Notes: generated from the sequence alone by a model not told the origin. Numbered from the stretch's first letter, positions 1 to 10,766 are shown. The stretch is 64,000 bases of DNA from Vulcanimicrobiota bacterium (GCA_050250895.1 JBFWNU010000001.1:520008-584007), one strand, 5' to 3'. Translations and numbers: made by a program.

Positions 1-153
1 CGCTGCGCTCAGGAGAAGGGAGCCTTCGCTGCGCTCAGGAGAAGGGAGCCTTCGCTGCGCTCAGGAGAAGGGAGCCTTCGCTGCGCTCAGGAGAAGGGAG
101 CCTTCGCTGCGCTCAGGAGAAGGGAGCCTTCGCTGCGCTCAGGAGAAGGGAGC
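1..153. repeat. 26-bp tandem array, about 5.9 copies, truncated at window start
   Basis: Unit CGCTGCGCTCAGGAGAAGGGAGCCTT starts at 1, 27, 53, 79, 105, 131. Confidence 0.97.
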
Positions 154-230
154 GGCCTCCGGCTAACGCCTCGGCCGGGGAAGGAGCGAAACTCGCTGCG
201 CTCGTTTCGAGTTCTTGGCCTCCGGCCGTT

Positions 231-964
231 GCTGACAATCGCCCACTCCGGCTGGGGGATCTCGCCCACCCCGGGTGGGGCTAAGGCCGGATGCCTGGGC
301 CGAAGCTGACAGTCGCCCACTCCGGCTGGGGGATCTCGCCCACCCCGGGTGGGGCCAAGGCCGGATGCCTGGCCCGAAGCTGACAATCGCCCACTCCGGC
401 TGGGGGATCTCGCCCACCCCGGGTGGGGCCAAGGCCGACTGCCTGACCGAGGCTGACAATCGCCCACTCCGGCTAGGGGATCTCGCCCACCCCGGGTGGG
501 GCCAAGGCCGGATGCCTGGGCCGAAGCTGACAATCGCCCACTCCGGCTGGGGGATCTCGCCCACTCCGAGTGGGGCCAAGGCAAGCTGCCTGACCGAGGC
601 TGGCGATCGCCCACTCCGGCTGGGGGATCTCGCCCACTCCGAGTGGGGCCAAGGCAAGCTGCCTGGCCGAGGCTGGCGATCGCCCACCCCGGCTGGGGGA
701 TCTCGCCCACCCCGGGTGGGGCCAAGGCCGGATGCCGGGCCGAGGCTGGCGATCGCCCACTCCGGCTAGGGGATCTCGCCCACCCCGGGTGGGGCCAAGG
801 CCGGATGCCTGGGCCGAAGCTGACAATCGCCCACTCCGGCTGGGGGATCTCGCCCACTCCGGGTGGGGCCAAGGCCGGATGCCTGACCGAGGCTGACAAT
901 CGCCCACTCCGGCTAGGCCAAGGCCGCCTGGCCGAGGCTGGCGAGCGCCCACTCCGGGTGGAGC
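231..964. repeat. 73-74-bp tandem array, 9 full copies plus degenerate partial copies
   Basis: GCTGAC/GCTGGC unit starts at 231, 305, 379, 452, 526, 599, 672, 745, 819, 892; units carry a CCCAC(C/T)CCG(G/A)GTGGG hairpin. Confidence 0.95.
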
Positions 965-1044
965 CTCGGACGGCTTTGCCGCGCCAAGATTACGACGCGC
1001 AGCGTCGCCTATCTTAAGATCTCGAGGTGAGCCTAAGCGAACCT

Positions 1045-1341
1045 CGCTCCCCCCTCGGAGCTCTGCTCCGCTCCCGTCTCCGGGCAAAGCCCGGCTCCTC
1101 TCTCCGACGCAGTCGGCTCCTTTCTCGACGACGAAGTCGTCGCCGCTCCCCCCTCGGAGCTCTGCTCCGCTCCCGTCTCCGGGCAAAGCCCGGCTCCTCT
1201 CTCCGACGCAGTCGGCTCCTTTCTCGACGACGAAGTCGTCGCCGCTCCCCCCTCGGAGCTCTGCTCCGCTCCCGTCTCCGGGCAAAGCCCGGCTCCTCTC
1301 TCCGACGCAGTCGGCTCCTTTCTCGACGACGAAGTCGTCGC
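1045..1341. repeat. 99-bp tandem array, 3 identical copies, each made of four hairpin monomers
   Basis: Units start at 1045, 1144, 1243; hairpins CGGAGC-TCT-GCTCCG, CCGGGC-AAA-GCCCGG, CCGAC-GCA-GTCGG, CGACGAC-GAA-GTCGTCG. Confidence 0.97.
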
Positions 1342-1375
1342 AGGCCGACCTCGCCAGAACGTCGAATTTCCGGCC

Positions 1376-2239
1376 ATGACCAACGATCTCTCACCCAACC
1401 CGCTAGCTTCTCTCGACGAATGGGAAGACGACCTGCTCGAACGCTATCCCGAAAACGGCAAAAACCGGTTCGACCGCGAGTTTCGCGATTATGAAGACCC
1501 GGCGCGCGACAGCGTCAAGGAGTTCTATCGCCTCAACCATCTCAACCAGACGCTCGCATTCGCGCGCGCCAAGAAGGCCGATTTTGGCCGACTCAACCGG
1601 CGCCAGATGGGCATTTGGCAAGCTTGCGAGTATCTCAACGAACTGGTGGACGAGAGCGACCCCGACACCGATCTGAGCCAACTCGAGCACCTGCTCCAGA
1701 CTTCCGAGGCCATCCGCCGCGATGGTCACCCCGATTGGTTCGTGCTGGCCGGCCTGGTGCACGACCTGGGCAAGATTCTCTGCCTGTGGGACGAGCCCCA
1801 GTGGGCGGTGGTGGGCGACACCTTTCCGCTGGGCTGCGCCTTCTCGGACAAGATCGTCTATCCCGAGTTCTTCGCCAGCAACCCCGACGCGAAAGTGCCG
1901 GAGTACGCCTCCGAGTGCGGTATTTATGAGGCTGGCTGCGGCCTCGAGCAGGTGACGATGTCGTGGGGTCATGACGAGTATATCTACCTGGCTGCCGGCA
2001 AGTATCTGCCCATCGAAGCCCAGTATATGCTGCGCTATCACTCGTTCTACGCGGCCCACCGCGAGGGCGCCTACCAGCACCTGATGAACGACCAGGACCG
2101 CGAGATGTTCCACTGGGTCAGGGCTTTCAACCCTTACGACCTCTACAGCAAAGCCGATCAGCCCCCCGATGTCGAGGCACTAAAGCCCATCTATGCAGAA
2201 ATGATCGCTCGCTACTTCCCGGCTACGTTGGCCTGGTAG
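1376..2239 (+). CDS. myo-inositol oxygenase (MIOX family, HD-fold diiron)
   Basis: [60 protein letters not shown] are MIOX motifs. Confidence 0.93.
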   Translation: MTNDLSPNPLASLDEWEDDLLERYPENGKNRFDREFRDYEDPARDSVKEFYRLNHLNQTLAFARAKKADFGRLNRRQMGIWQACEYLNELVDESDPDTDLSQLEHLLQTSEAIRRDGHPDWFVLAGLVHDLGKILCLWDEPQWAVVGDTFPLGCAFSDKIVYPEFFASNPDAKVPEYASECGIYEAGCGLEQVTMSWGHDEYIYLAAGKYLPIEAQYMLRYHSFYAAHREGAYQHLMNDQDREMFHWVRAFNPYDLYSKADQPPDVEALKPIYAEMIARYFPATLAW

Positions 2240-3722
2240 TGCTAACCCCTCGAAAGCCACGCCGGGCATCGTGGCTTTCGGGGGCAAAGAGCAGACGGGC
2301 GGCGCAAGCCAGCGTGCGGGGGTCGCGGTTGGCCCAGCATCCCCCCTTGACCACCCTCCCCGGGCCCTCGGCCGTGGTCGTCCACTCCCAGACGTTGCCG
2401 GCCATGTCGAGGCAACCCTCGGGGCTGGCTCCGGCCGGATAGTGGCCCACCGGGGACGGCCCCCGCCCGTTGACCAGGTCGAGCATCGGCACGTCGCGCG
2501 AGGTGCCATGCTGGCAGGCGGCCGGATCCCACTCGTCACCGAAAGGATACTTGCGGGGCTCGGGTCCTGTCGCTGCCCGCTCCCACTCGTCTTCGGTGGG
2601 CAGGCGCTTACCGGCCCAGGCGCAGTAAGCGCGAGCGTCGTTCCAGCTCAGGCCCACGGCCGGATAGTCGGCCTGGTCACCCTTCCATTCGGGCCAACTG
2701 CCCTCGACCCGATAGCGGGTAGCCTCGACGAAGGCACGAAAGCGGCCGTTGCTGACCGGCAGCCGGTCAACCCAGAACGACTCGAGTTGCACCTCGCGGG
2801 GGCGGCTATAGTCGGGGTCGTCGCTGCGACCCAGCCGAAAGGTCCCACCGGCGATCGAGACCATCTCGGCCCCATCGGCGGCCACGGCCACCAAAGACTC
2901 GTCACCGGCCAGGGCCCGGCGAAAAGCGGACGCATCGGCGTAGCGGTCCTCGAGCTGGAGGGCCATGGCTTTGCGCAGGACCGAGTCGAGGGCGGGGGCG
3001 CCGGGGTACTGGAGTGGAGTGGGAGCGACCCCGGTCAACAGACAGAGCATGGTGGCTCCCAGGGCGTACAGATCGGAGCGCGGCTCGGCTTTGCCTTGAT
3101 ACTGCTCGAGGGGGCAATAGCCCTCGGTGCCGATGGCCGTGCCGGTAGCCGCGGCCGGGGCGGTGGCTAGCCCGAAATCGACCAGGGTGACCCGGTCGTC
3201 GGGACCGAGAATGATATTGGCGGGCTTGAGGTCGCGATACACCACGGGCGGGTCGCTGGTGTGCAAAAACTCGAGCACGTCGAGCAGTTGGTGGGCGACC
3301 TTGACCACCCGCTCGGTGGCGAGCGGCCCGTTGGCCTCAAGATAGCTCTCGAGGTCTTCCCCGGGGATGAGATCCATGGCTAGAAAGAAACAGTCGCGAT
3401 CAGAGAAGTTGTCGGTGACCCGAGGCAAGGCCGGATGGGAGAGCCGCGACAGCCAGTTGCCTTCGGCCTGGAAGCGCTCTTTGAAATAGCCTTCGTCGGC
3501 TCCCGGCAAGAGTTGCTTGAGGGCGACCGTCTTCTCGAGACGATGATCCAGGGCGCGATAGACGGCCCCCATCCCACCTTTCTTGAGCAGAGCCAGAATC
3601 TCGTAGCGGTCTTTGTCGAGCCTGGTGCCAGCGCTGAGGGGAAAGTCGGGCAGCTCGGCTCGACAGCCAGGACAGAAGCGATGCCCGCCGGTGATGGCCA
3701 GGCCACATTGTGGACAGAACAC
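2223..3722 (-). CDS. Ser/Thr protein kinase with N-terminal zinc ribbon and C-terminal FGE/SUMF1 domain
   Basis: CPQC..CPGC; [23 protein letters not shown]; [21 protein letters not shown]; start moved to GTG at 3722. Confidence 0.88.
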   Translation of the reverse strand: MFCPQCGLAITGGHRFCPGCRAELPDFPLSAGTRLDKDRYEILALLKKGGMGAVYRALDHRLEKTVALKQLLPGADEGYFKERFQAEGNWLSRLSHPALPRVTDNFSDRDCFFLAMDLIPGEDLESYLEANGPLATERVVKVAHQLLDVLEFLHTSDPPVVYRDLKPANIILGPDDRVTLVDFGLATAPAAATGTAIGTEGYCPLEQYQGKAEPRSDLYALGATMLCLLTGVAPTPLQYPGAPALDSVLRKAMALQLEDRYADASAFRRALAGDESLVAVAADGAEMVSIAGGTFRLGRSDDPDYSRPREVQLESFWVDRLPVSNGRFRAFVEATRYRVEGSWPEWKGDQADYPAVGLSWNDARAYCAWAGKRLPTEDEWERAATGPEPRKYPFGDEWDPAACQHGTSRDVPMLDLVNGRGPSPVGHYPAGASPEGCLDMAGNVWEWTTTAEGPGRVVKGGCWANRDPRTLACAARLLFAPESHDARRGFRGVSTTRPT

Positions 3723-3779
3723 GCCAGGGTGTTCTTCTCGGCCGCAGGGATCCCCCCCGACTCGACGGAAGCCCGCCCC

Positions 3780-4949
3780 ATGGCGCCGCCAAGGCTTGTT
3801 CTGTCGGGATATTTCGGGTTTGGCAACCTGGGCGACGAGGCCATTCTCGAGGCCACCGTGGCCAGCTTGCGCAAGCACTGCCCCGAGGTCGAGATCACGG
3901 CCCTGATGGCCAACCCTGAGCTGGCCCACAGCCTCGCCATCCAGTCGGTGCCGCGCAAAAGCCCCTGGCCGGTGTTGCGCAGCCTGGCCGGCTGCGACCT
4001 TTTGCTCTCGGGGGGCGGTGGGCTCTTGCAAGACTCCACCGGGCCCGGCAGCGTCTTCTACTATCTAGGAGTGTGCGCGCTGGCAAAACTACTGGGCAAG
4101 CGAGTGATGTTCTTCTGCCAGGGGTTTGGCCCGGTGAAGAGCCGTTCCTGTCAGGCAGCCGTGCGCTGGCTGGGCAACCGCCTCGACCTCATCACCCTGC
4201 GGGATGACCAGTCGGCCGACGAGATGCGCCAGCTCGGAGTCAAGCGCCCGCCCCTACGGGTCACGGCCGATCCGGCCCTGTTGCTCGAACCGGCCCCCAC
4301 CGCTCGCCTGCGCGAGATTCTGAGCCAGGAAGGCCTCAGCGGTGAAATCGGACGACTAGAGGGCCCCACCGGGCGCCACCCCGGGGTGGGTCCGCTGGTG
4401 GCCGTGACCGTGCGCCCCTGGCCCAACCTGCCCCTGGAAGCGATCGCCCAGGCCTTGAAGGAATTTCGCGAACGCGAGCAGGCGCGCTACTTGCTGATCC
4501 CGTTTCACCCGAGCAAAGACCGCGAACCGTCGCAGCGATTGGTCGAGGCTCTCGAAGGCCAGGCCTATCTGATCAAGGGCGACTATGCGCCCCGCGAGAT
4601 CACCGGTCTTCTACGCTGCTGCGACATGGTAGTCGGCATGCGACTGCACTCGCTGATCCTGGCCTGCGCAGCCGGGATCCCCTTGATTGGACTGAGCTAC
4701 GACCCTAAAGTCGAGCGGTTTTGCCGACGAGCAGGTGGTTTGCCCCTCGACCTTGAAGAAATTTCTTCAACAAGGTTGGTCGAGGCGCTCACCCACTTGC
4801 TGGAAGGACGCGCCCATCAGCGTCGGCAACAGCAGAAATGCCTCGAGCCGATGGTGAACCAGGCCGAGCGGTCAGTCCAGGTGGCCCTCAGTCTGGCCAA
4901 AGGCGAGCCCGTCTCGACGGCGCTAGAGATACTCGACGCCTCCGATTGA
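3780..4949 (+). CDS. csaB: polysaccharide pyruvyl transferase CsaB
   Basis: SGYFGFGNLGDEA, GGGGLLQDSTG, QGFGP, GMRLHSLI, SYDPKV; start moved to ATG at 3780. Confidence 0.9.
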   Translation: MAPPRLVLSGYFGFGNLGDEAILEATVASLRKHCPEVEITALMANPELAHSLAIQSVPRKSPWPVLRSLAGCDLLLSGGGGLLQDSTGPGSVFYYLGVCALAKLLGKRVMFFCQGFGPVKSRSCQAAVRWLGNRLDLITLRDDQSADEMRQLGVKRPPLRVTADPALLLEPAPTARLREILSQEGLSGEIGRLEGPTGRHPGVGPLVAVTVRPWPNLPLEAIAQALKEFREREQARYLLIPFHPSKDREPSQRLVEALEGQAYLIKGDYAPREITGLLRCCDMVVGMRLHSLILACAAGIPLIGLSYDPKVERFCRRAGGLPLDLEEISSTRLVEALTHLLEGRAHQRRQQQKCLEPMVNQAERSVQVALSLAKGEPVSTALEILDASD

Positions 4950-4992
4950 CCTTGGCGTGCTGCTGCACGCTAGAGCAGGCGAGGAGGCAGGG

Positions 4993-5778
4993 ATGCGGAC
5001 CCTAACCAGATTTTTGCGTACGCCCAAATGGGAGAGAAGTCCCGAGCGGCGCGCTTCCAAGAGCAAGACCATGGTCGAGATGCACGACCTGAATCTGGTC
5101 TACGCCAACGGCGTTCAGGCTCTTCATGACATCGAGCTGGGCATTCGACGGGGAGAGTTCATCTTTCTGGTCGGCTCCACCGGCTCCGGCAAGTCCAGCT
5201 TGTTGAAGCTGATGTATAAAGAGCTCCAGCCCACCACCGGCGCGGTGGTCGTCGACGATCAAGACCTGGCCGAGGTGGTGCGCCGCGACGTTCCCCGGTT
5301 GCGCCGCAAGATTGGGGTAGTCTTTCAAGATTTTCGGCTCTTGCCTAACAAGACAGCCTTCGAGAACGTGGCCTACGCCCTCGAAATCACCGGCGCCTCC
5401 TGGCGTGAAATTCCGCCCAAGGTCAAGCGGGCCCTCGAAATGGTCGACCTGCACAACAAGGCCGACCGGCTTCCCGGCCAGATGTCCGGCGGCGAGCAGC
5501 AGCGGGTGGCCATTGCCCGCGCTTTGATCAACGATCCGGTCCTGCTGCTGGCCGATGAGCCCACCGGCAACCTCGACCCCGACTCGACCTGGGACATCAT
5601 GCAAATTCTTACCAAGGTCAACGCCCGCGGGACCACCGTGGTGGTGGCCACCCACAACCAGCAGATGGTCGACACCATGCGCAAGCGCGTGCTGGTGATG
5701 AAGCGGGGTCATCTGGTCCATGACATCGAGCGAGGCGCCTATTTCCAGAACGAGCGCGCCGGGGCGGTGGCGCTATGA
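4993..5778 (+). CDS. ftsE: cell division ABC ATPase FtsE
   Basis: [36 protein letters not shown]; GAGGAGG RBS before 4993; followed by ftsX. Confidence 0.93.
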   Translation: MRTLTRFLRTPKWERSPERRASKSKTMVEMHDLNLVYANGVQALHDIELGIRRGEFIFLVGSTGSGKSSLLKLMYKELQPTTGAVVVDDQDLAEVVRRDVPRLRRKIGVVFQDFRLLPNKTAFENVAYALEITGASWREIPPKVKRALEMVDLHNKADRLPGQMSGGEQQRVAIARALINDPVLLLADEPTGNLDPDSTWDIMQILTKVNARGTTVVVATHNQQMVDTMRKRVLVMKRGHLVHDIERGAYFQNERAGAVAL

Positions 5779-6641
5779 TGATCGGCTTCTTCCTGCGGGA
5801 GGTTCTTACCAACATCCGGCGCAGCCCGCTGATGTGCATCGCCTCGGTCACCACCGTCATGGTGCTGACCCTGATTCTGGGCTACTTCACGGTCGTCATG
5901 GTCAACCTCGAACGGCTGGCCGACTCGCTCATCGCCGAGATCCAGGTGGTGGCCTACCTCGACGACGGAGCCGAGCGGTTGGCGCTCAGCCGCCAGATCC
6001 GCAAGCTGCAATACGTCGAGAACGCCCACTTCATCTCGAAAGAGACCGCTTTCAAGAAACTGATCGAGCGGATGAACGGCCGCATCGAGATGAGCGACGT
6101 GGCTGTCAACCCGTTACCCGATGCCTTTGAAATTCGGGTCAGTCACGCCAACAAACTGGGCGAGGTGGCCCACAAGGTCGAGCGCCTGCCCGGAGTGGCC
6201 CGGGTCAAATACGGTGAAGAAGTGGCCCACAAGATGTTGGCCTTCAATAGCCTGGTACGCTCGGTAGGGGTCGTGGTGCTGTCGATGCTTTTTCTGTCGA
6301 CCTTGCTGATCATCAGCAACACCATCCGACTGACCGTTTTCGCCCGCCGTCGTGATATCGAAATCATGCAAATGGTGGGCGCAGCCGAGTGGTTCATTCG
6401 CTGGCCCTTCGTGCTCGAAGGGATCTTCCAGGGGCTGCTGGGAGCCACCCTGTCGGCCGGTTTGGTGTGCGGTAGCTACCAACTGGTAGTGCCGGCCCTG
6501 AGCCAGACCGTGCCGTTCTTGCCCGTGCTGCCACCGATGTCGGTACTACCAGGCCTGGTGCCCGGACTGATCCTGCTGGGCGGTCTGGTGGGAGCCATGG
6601 GTAGCTTGTTGTCGGTCAACCGTTTCCTGAAGGTATCGTAA
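5775..6641 (+). CDS. ftsX: cell division permease FtsX
   Basis: NPLPDAFEI, ISNTIRLTVFARRRDIEIMQMVGA..WFIRWPFVLEG. Confidence 0.94.
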   Translation: MMIGFFLREVLTNIRRSPLMCIASVTTVMVLTLILGYFTVVMVNLERLADSLIAEIQVVAYLDDGAERLALSRQIRKLQYVENAHFISKETAFKKLIERMNGRIEMSDVAVNPLPDAFEIRVSHANKLGEVAHKVERLPGVARVKYGEEVAHKMLAFNSLVRSVGVVVLSMLFLSTLLIISNTIRLTVFARRRDIEIMQMVGAAEWFIRWPFVLEGIFQGLLGATLSAGLVCGSYQLVVPALSQTVPFLPVLPPMSVLPGLVPGLILLGGLVGAMGSLLSVNRFLKVS

Positions 6642-7762
6642 TGCGCAAAGTCTTCACCCTGGGGCTGTTGGTGCTGCTCACGGCCGGGGCTCTGGCCCGG
6701 CCCGACGAGGTCGACTCGACCCGCCAAAAGATCCATTCGGTTCACGAGAAAATCAACGGTGCTCGCGAGGACCTCAAAGTGGCCAACGCGCGCGAAGAGC
6801 AGATGTCGCGCAAGCTGGCGGCCACTCAGATCAAACTCGACGGAGCCCGCGAAATCTTGCGCGACATCAAGGATCGATTGGCCCGAGCCGAAGAGCGATT
6901 GGAAAAGATCCGGCACAAGGTCAAGATCACCAGGGTCCACCTGCGTCGCGCCCAGCTGGCCCTCGAGCGCCGGCTGCGCCAGCTCTACATCGAAGGCGAT
7001 GTCAGCTATCTGGCCGTGATGCTTCAATCCGAAGACTTCACCGACTTTCTCAACCAATCCGAGTTCGTCGAGCGCATCCTCGAGACCGATCACCAGTTGA
7101 TTCTCGAGGTCAGGGCTCGCAAGGCCGAACTCGAAGTCCAGAAAGCAGCCGCTCGAAAGACGGTCGAAGAGATGAAGAGCCTGCGAGCCCAGCAAGAGGT
7201 CGAGGTGGCCGCCATTCTCAAGCTCAAGAAAGAGCAGAACGCCATCTTTGCTGAGTACCAGGCTCATCGCCGCAAGCTGGCTCGCCAGGTGACCGAACTC
7301 GAGCACTCGAGTCGCGACCTCGAAGCCAAACTGCAGCGATTGATGGACCTGCGCGACATGCCCAACCTGCCGCGCAGCGCCGGCGGTTACATCTGGCCCT
7401 GCAACGGCCCCATCACCTCCGGCTTTGGCTATCGCTATCATCCGGTAACAGGCGGCACCCGCTTCCACTCAGGACTGGATCTCGGCGTGGGCTGGGGTAC
7501 TCCGATCCGAGCGGCCGACAACGGGGTCATCGTCCACGCGGGCTGGCTGGGAGGGTATGGCTATTGCGTGATCATCAATCACGGAGGCGGCTATTCCACC
7601 CTCTATGGTCACTGCTCGAGCCTCGACGTCTCGGTCGGACAGGCGGTGTCTCAGGGTCAGGTGGTAGCCCGAGTCGGCAGCACCGGAATGTCCACCGGTC
7701 CCCACCTGCATTTCGAGGTGCGCCAAAATGGCGTTCCCGTGAACCCTCTGGGAAGATTATAG
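6641..7762 (+). CDS. coiled-coil plus M23 peptidase (EnvC-like FtsEX partner)
   Basis: Signal peptide, long coiled coil, HSGLD, STGPHLHFEVR. Confidence 0.9.
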   Translation: MRKVFTLGLLVLLTAGALARPDEVDSTRQKIHSVHEKINGAREDLKVANAREEQMSRKLAATQIKLDGAREILRDIKDRLARAEERLEKIRHKVKITRVHLRRAQLALERRLRQLYIEGDVSYLAVMLQSEDFTDFLNQSEFVERILETDHQLILEVRARKAELEVQKAAARKTVEEMKSLRAQQEVEVAAILKLKKEQNAIFAEYQAHRRKLARQVTELEHSSRDLEAKLQRLMDLRDMPNLPRSAGGYIWPCNGPITSGFGYRYHPVTGGTRFHSGLDLGVGWGTPIRAADNGVIVHAGWLGGYGYCVIINHGGGYSTLYGHCSSLDVSVGQAVSQGQVVARVGSTGMSTGPHLHFEVRQNGVPVNPLGRL

Positions 7763-7854
7763 CCCCCGACTGCGAACTAATATCAAGAGAGCCGGAACCT
7801 GGCGCCTGGGCGCCGGGTTAGTAGATAACGAAATTCCCGATACGAGGTGATCTC

Positions 7855-9414
7855 TTGAAACGTGCATCTCACCTGTTGAGTGCCCTACTAGTCATTGTCA
7901 TGACCCTGGCGGCCGCGGCCGACCCCAGTGCCGAAAGCCAGGCGTCGGTAGCCCGGGTTCGTGACATGATGACCCTGATCCACACTGAATTCATTGACGA
8001 AGTGCCTTCGGCCCAACTGGTCAACGGCGCTCTCGATGGCATCGAGGCGGCCCTAGAAGAGAAGAAGATCGCTCACGCCCCTTTGCAGAAAGTGGTGCCT
8101 GAGCACGAGAAAGAAGCTTTCTCAGAGCTCGAGGCCCAGTTCCACCCCCTCACGCAGGAGCATCCCGAACTGCTCGAGGACAACTGGCTGGCCTATGAAG
8201 CGATCAAAGGAATGCTCAAAACCCTGGGTGATGATTACACCGTCTTTCTCGACCCCGACGAGTATTCCAAGCTGAAAGAATCGATGTCTGGCGGCAACTT
8301 CGGCGGGCTCGGCGTCTACATCGAACTCGACAAGAATAACGAGAACCGCCTGACCGTGGTCGAACCGATCGAAGACACTCCGGCGGCCGAGGCGGGGCTC
8401 AAACCCCGCGACGTCATCATCAAGATCGACGGCGAGAGTACCGTGGGTTATGACATCCAAATGGCTCAGACCAAACTGCGCGGTCCCATCGGCTCAGAAG
8501 TCGTGCTCACCATCCGTCGCCTCAACCAGGCCGAACCTTTCGATGTCCACGTCAAGCGCGACCGCATTCACGTCAACAGCGTGCGCCACCAAATGCTCGA
8601 CCACAACGGCACCAAGGTGGGCTACGTCCGGCTACGAATGTTCGGCGAAGATACCAACGAAGAGCTCGAAGCCGCCATGCGCGAACTCGAGCGCGACGGT
8701 GCTCAGGCTTTCATCATGGACCTGCGCAACAACGGTGGCGGCTATATCATCTCGGCCGTCGACGTATGCTCGAAATTCTTGCCGACCGGCAGCAAGGTGG
8801 TCTCGGTGCAAGAACGAGGGGCTCCCAACACCCGATATCTGTCTCGCCCCAACGTGCGCAAGAACCTGCCCCTGGCCCTGCTGGTCAACGAGTTCTCGGC
8901 CAGCGCCTCCGAAATTACGGCGGCGGCCATGCAGGATCTCCACCGCGCCAAACTGGTCGGCGTCAAGACCTTCGGCAAAGGCAGCGTCCAGAAGATCTTT
9001 CCCCTGCCCGACGGCTCGGCGCTCAAAGTCACCACCGCCCACTACCACACTCCGGCCGGCCACGACATCAACAAGATCGGCGTGGACCCTGACGTGGTGG
9101 TCAAGATGGAAGGCAAGCGTCTGGCCTCGAGCGACGACAATCAGCTGAAAACGGCCCTGGACGTCATCGTGGAAGAGCTTCAGGTGGATCAGGCCAATCA
9201 CGGCGCTGTGCGCACCGCGGGAGGCGCCGTGCGCATCTTCTCGGTCGAACAGGAGCTGGCCTATCTTCGCTCGCTGGGCAAGCACCCCGAGGTGCTCGAG
9301 CGGCGGGTCTTTGAAGAAGACGGCCAACTGGTCGAGGAACTGAAGGTCAAGTTCGCCGAAGGCGGCGAACCTCGCACCGTGAGACTGGACATTTCTGATT
9401 ACATCGGCCGCTAG
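7855..9414 (+). CDS. S41 carboxyl-terminal protease (PDZ) with C-terminal extension
   Basis: DLRNNGGG, SASASEI, KTFGKGSVQ. Confidence 0.92.
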   Translation: MKRASHLLSALLVIVMTLAAAADPSAESQASVARVRDMMTLIHTEFIDEVPSAQLVNGALDGIEAALEEKKIAHAPLQKVVPEHEKEAFSELEAQFHPLTQEHPELLEDNWLAYEAIKGMLKTLGDDYTVFLDPDEYSKLKESMSGGNFGGLGVYIELDKNNENRLTVVEPIEDTPAAEAGLKPRDVIIKIDGESTVGYDIQMAQTKLRGPIGSEVVLTIRRLNQAEPFDVHVKRDRIHVNSVRHQMLDHNGTKVGYVRLRMFGEDTNEELEAAMRELERDGAQAFIMDLRNNGGGYIISAVDVCSKFLPTGSKVVSVQERGAPNTRYLSRPNVRKNLPLALLVNEFSASASEITAAAMQDLHRAKLVGVKTFGKGSVQKIFPLPDGSALKVTTAHYHTPAGHDINKIGVDPDVVVKMEGKRLASSDDNQLKTALDVIVEELQVDQANHGAVRTAGGAVRIFSVEQELAYLRSLGKHPEVLERRVFEEDGQLVEELKVKFAEGGEPRTVRLDISDYIGR

Positions 9415-10760
9415 TGTCCCAACGCAATAACGGCAAACTCATCCTAGCAACCATCGTGGTCAGCGTGCTGGCCATGATGGTTCTATTTGGGCTTGCCCTG
9501 CGCCGGCTGGCCCACGATAACTGGGCCAGCCAGGATCCGGTCCGGGCCACCATTACGATCTTGCAGGCGCAGTATGTCAAAGAGCTGCAAGCCCGCGAGC
9601 TGCTCAACGGCGCCCTGGCCGGCTATCGCGACTATCTCAAAGAGCAAAAGAAGTCCCCCGACGAGCTCGAGGCTCTTTCGGCCGAACTCAAAGGGGACGA
9701 ACTTTTTGCCCGGTTCGACAATCTGCGCGAAAAGGCTCGTCAGCAAGTCAAGCCAGACCAGACTCAGGCTCTGGAATATGCCGGTCTGGCCGGCATGGTG
9801 GCCTCGCTCGACGACCCTTACTGCAACGTCTGGACCCCCTCCGAATATGCCGAGTTCCAAGAGCACATGAGCGGCGGCAATTTCGGCGGTATCGGCGTTT
9901 ACATCGAACTCGACAAGAACAACAACGACCAGCTGACCGTGGTCGAGCCCATGGAGGGCAGCCCGGCTATCGAGGCCGGCCTCGAGGCGGGCGACCAGAT
10001 TTTGGCCATCGATGGCTTCGACACCAAAGGCATCGACATCGAGGCTGCCGCCCAGCGTATCCGCGGCGAAGAGGGCACCGAGGTCGCCCTCACCATTCGG
10101 CGCAAGAGTCGCCCCCAGCCGTTCGAGGTCAAGGTCAAGCGAGGGCAGATCCACGTGCGCAGCGCCCACGCCCGTATGCTCGAGGACCACATCGGCTATC
10201 TGAGCCTGCGGATGTTTGGCGACTCGACCTCGAAAGAGTTTGACGAAGAGCTACAAAAGCTCGAGAAAAAGGGCGCCACGGCCCTGATTTTAGACCTCCG
10301 CAACAACGGCGGCGGCTATATTCAAGGAGCCATCGACGTGCTCTCGAACTTCTTGCCGAAGGGACAGGTGCTGGTGTCGGTGGTCAACGCCCGCACCGGC
10401 CGCGATGAGCCGAGCTACGCGGTGGGCAGGACACCGCTCGAGATGCCGGTGGTGGTGTTGATCAACCGCTACTCGGCCAGTGCTTCAGAGATCACGGCCG
10501 GCGCCCTCCAAGACACCCAGCGGGCCAAGTTGATCGGCGAGACCTCGTTCGGAAAGGCTAGCGTTCAACAGGTCTATGAATACCCCGACGGTGGGGCCTT
10601 GAAGTACACCGTGGCTCACTATCTGACCCCCAGCGGCAAAGACATCCACCGCAAAGGGATCGAGCCCGACCTGACCGTCAATCTCACCGCCGACGCCAAA
10701 GAGGATCTCGTGCTCCAAGCGGCTCAGGCCCAGCTACGCAAGGAGCTCGCCAAGAAATAG
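9414..10760 (+). CDS. S41 carboxyl-terminal protease, second paralog
   Basis: DLRNNGGG, SASASEITAGAL, SFGKASVQ. Confidence 0.92.
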   Translation: MSQRNNGKLILATIVVSVLAMMVLFGLALRRLAHDNWASQDPVRATITILQAQYVKELQARELLNGALAGYRDYLKEQKKSPDELEALSAELKGDELFARFDNLREKARQQVKPDQTQALEYAGLAGMVASLDDPYCNVWTPSEYAEFQEHMSGGNFGGIGVYIELDKNNNDQLTVVEPMEGSPAIEAGLEAGDQILAIDGFDTKGIDIEAAAQRIRGEEGTEVALTIRRKSRPQPFEVKVKRGQIHVRSAHARMLEDHIGYLSLRMFGDSTSKEFDEELQKLEKKGATALILDLRNNGGGYIQGAIDVLSNFLPKGQVLVSVVNARTGRDEPSYAVGRTPLEMPVVVLINRYSASASEITAGALQDTQRAKLIGETSFGKASVQQVYEYPDGGALKYTVAHYLTPSGKDIHRKGIEPDLTVNLTADAKEDLVLQAAQAQLRKELAKK

Positions 10761-10766
10761 CCCAAA

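Noticed and set aside
1-1341. CRISPR array
   Set aside because: No unique spacers of about 30-40 nt, units repeat in full, and no cas genes are in the window
87-1494. Long ORFs across the repeat block
   Set aside because: They arise from stop-poor GC-rich repeats; all frames look alike and the 26- and 73/74-bp periods are not multiples of three
3435-4031. Extensive head-to-head overlap of the kinase and csaB ORFs
   Set aside because: Homology begins at 3722 (minus) and 3780 (plus); the extensions are ORF-caller artefacts, as at 29727-30059, 31909, 32502 and 63019
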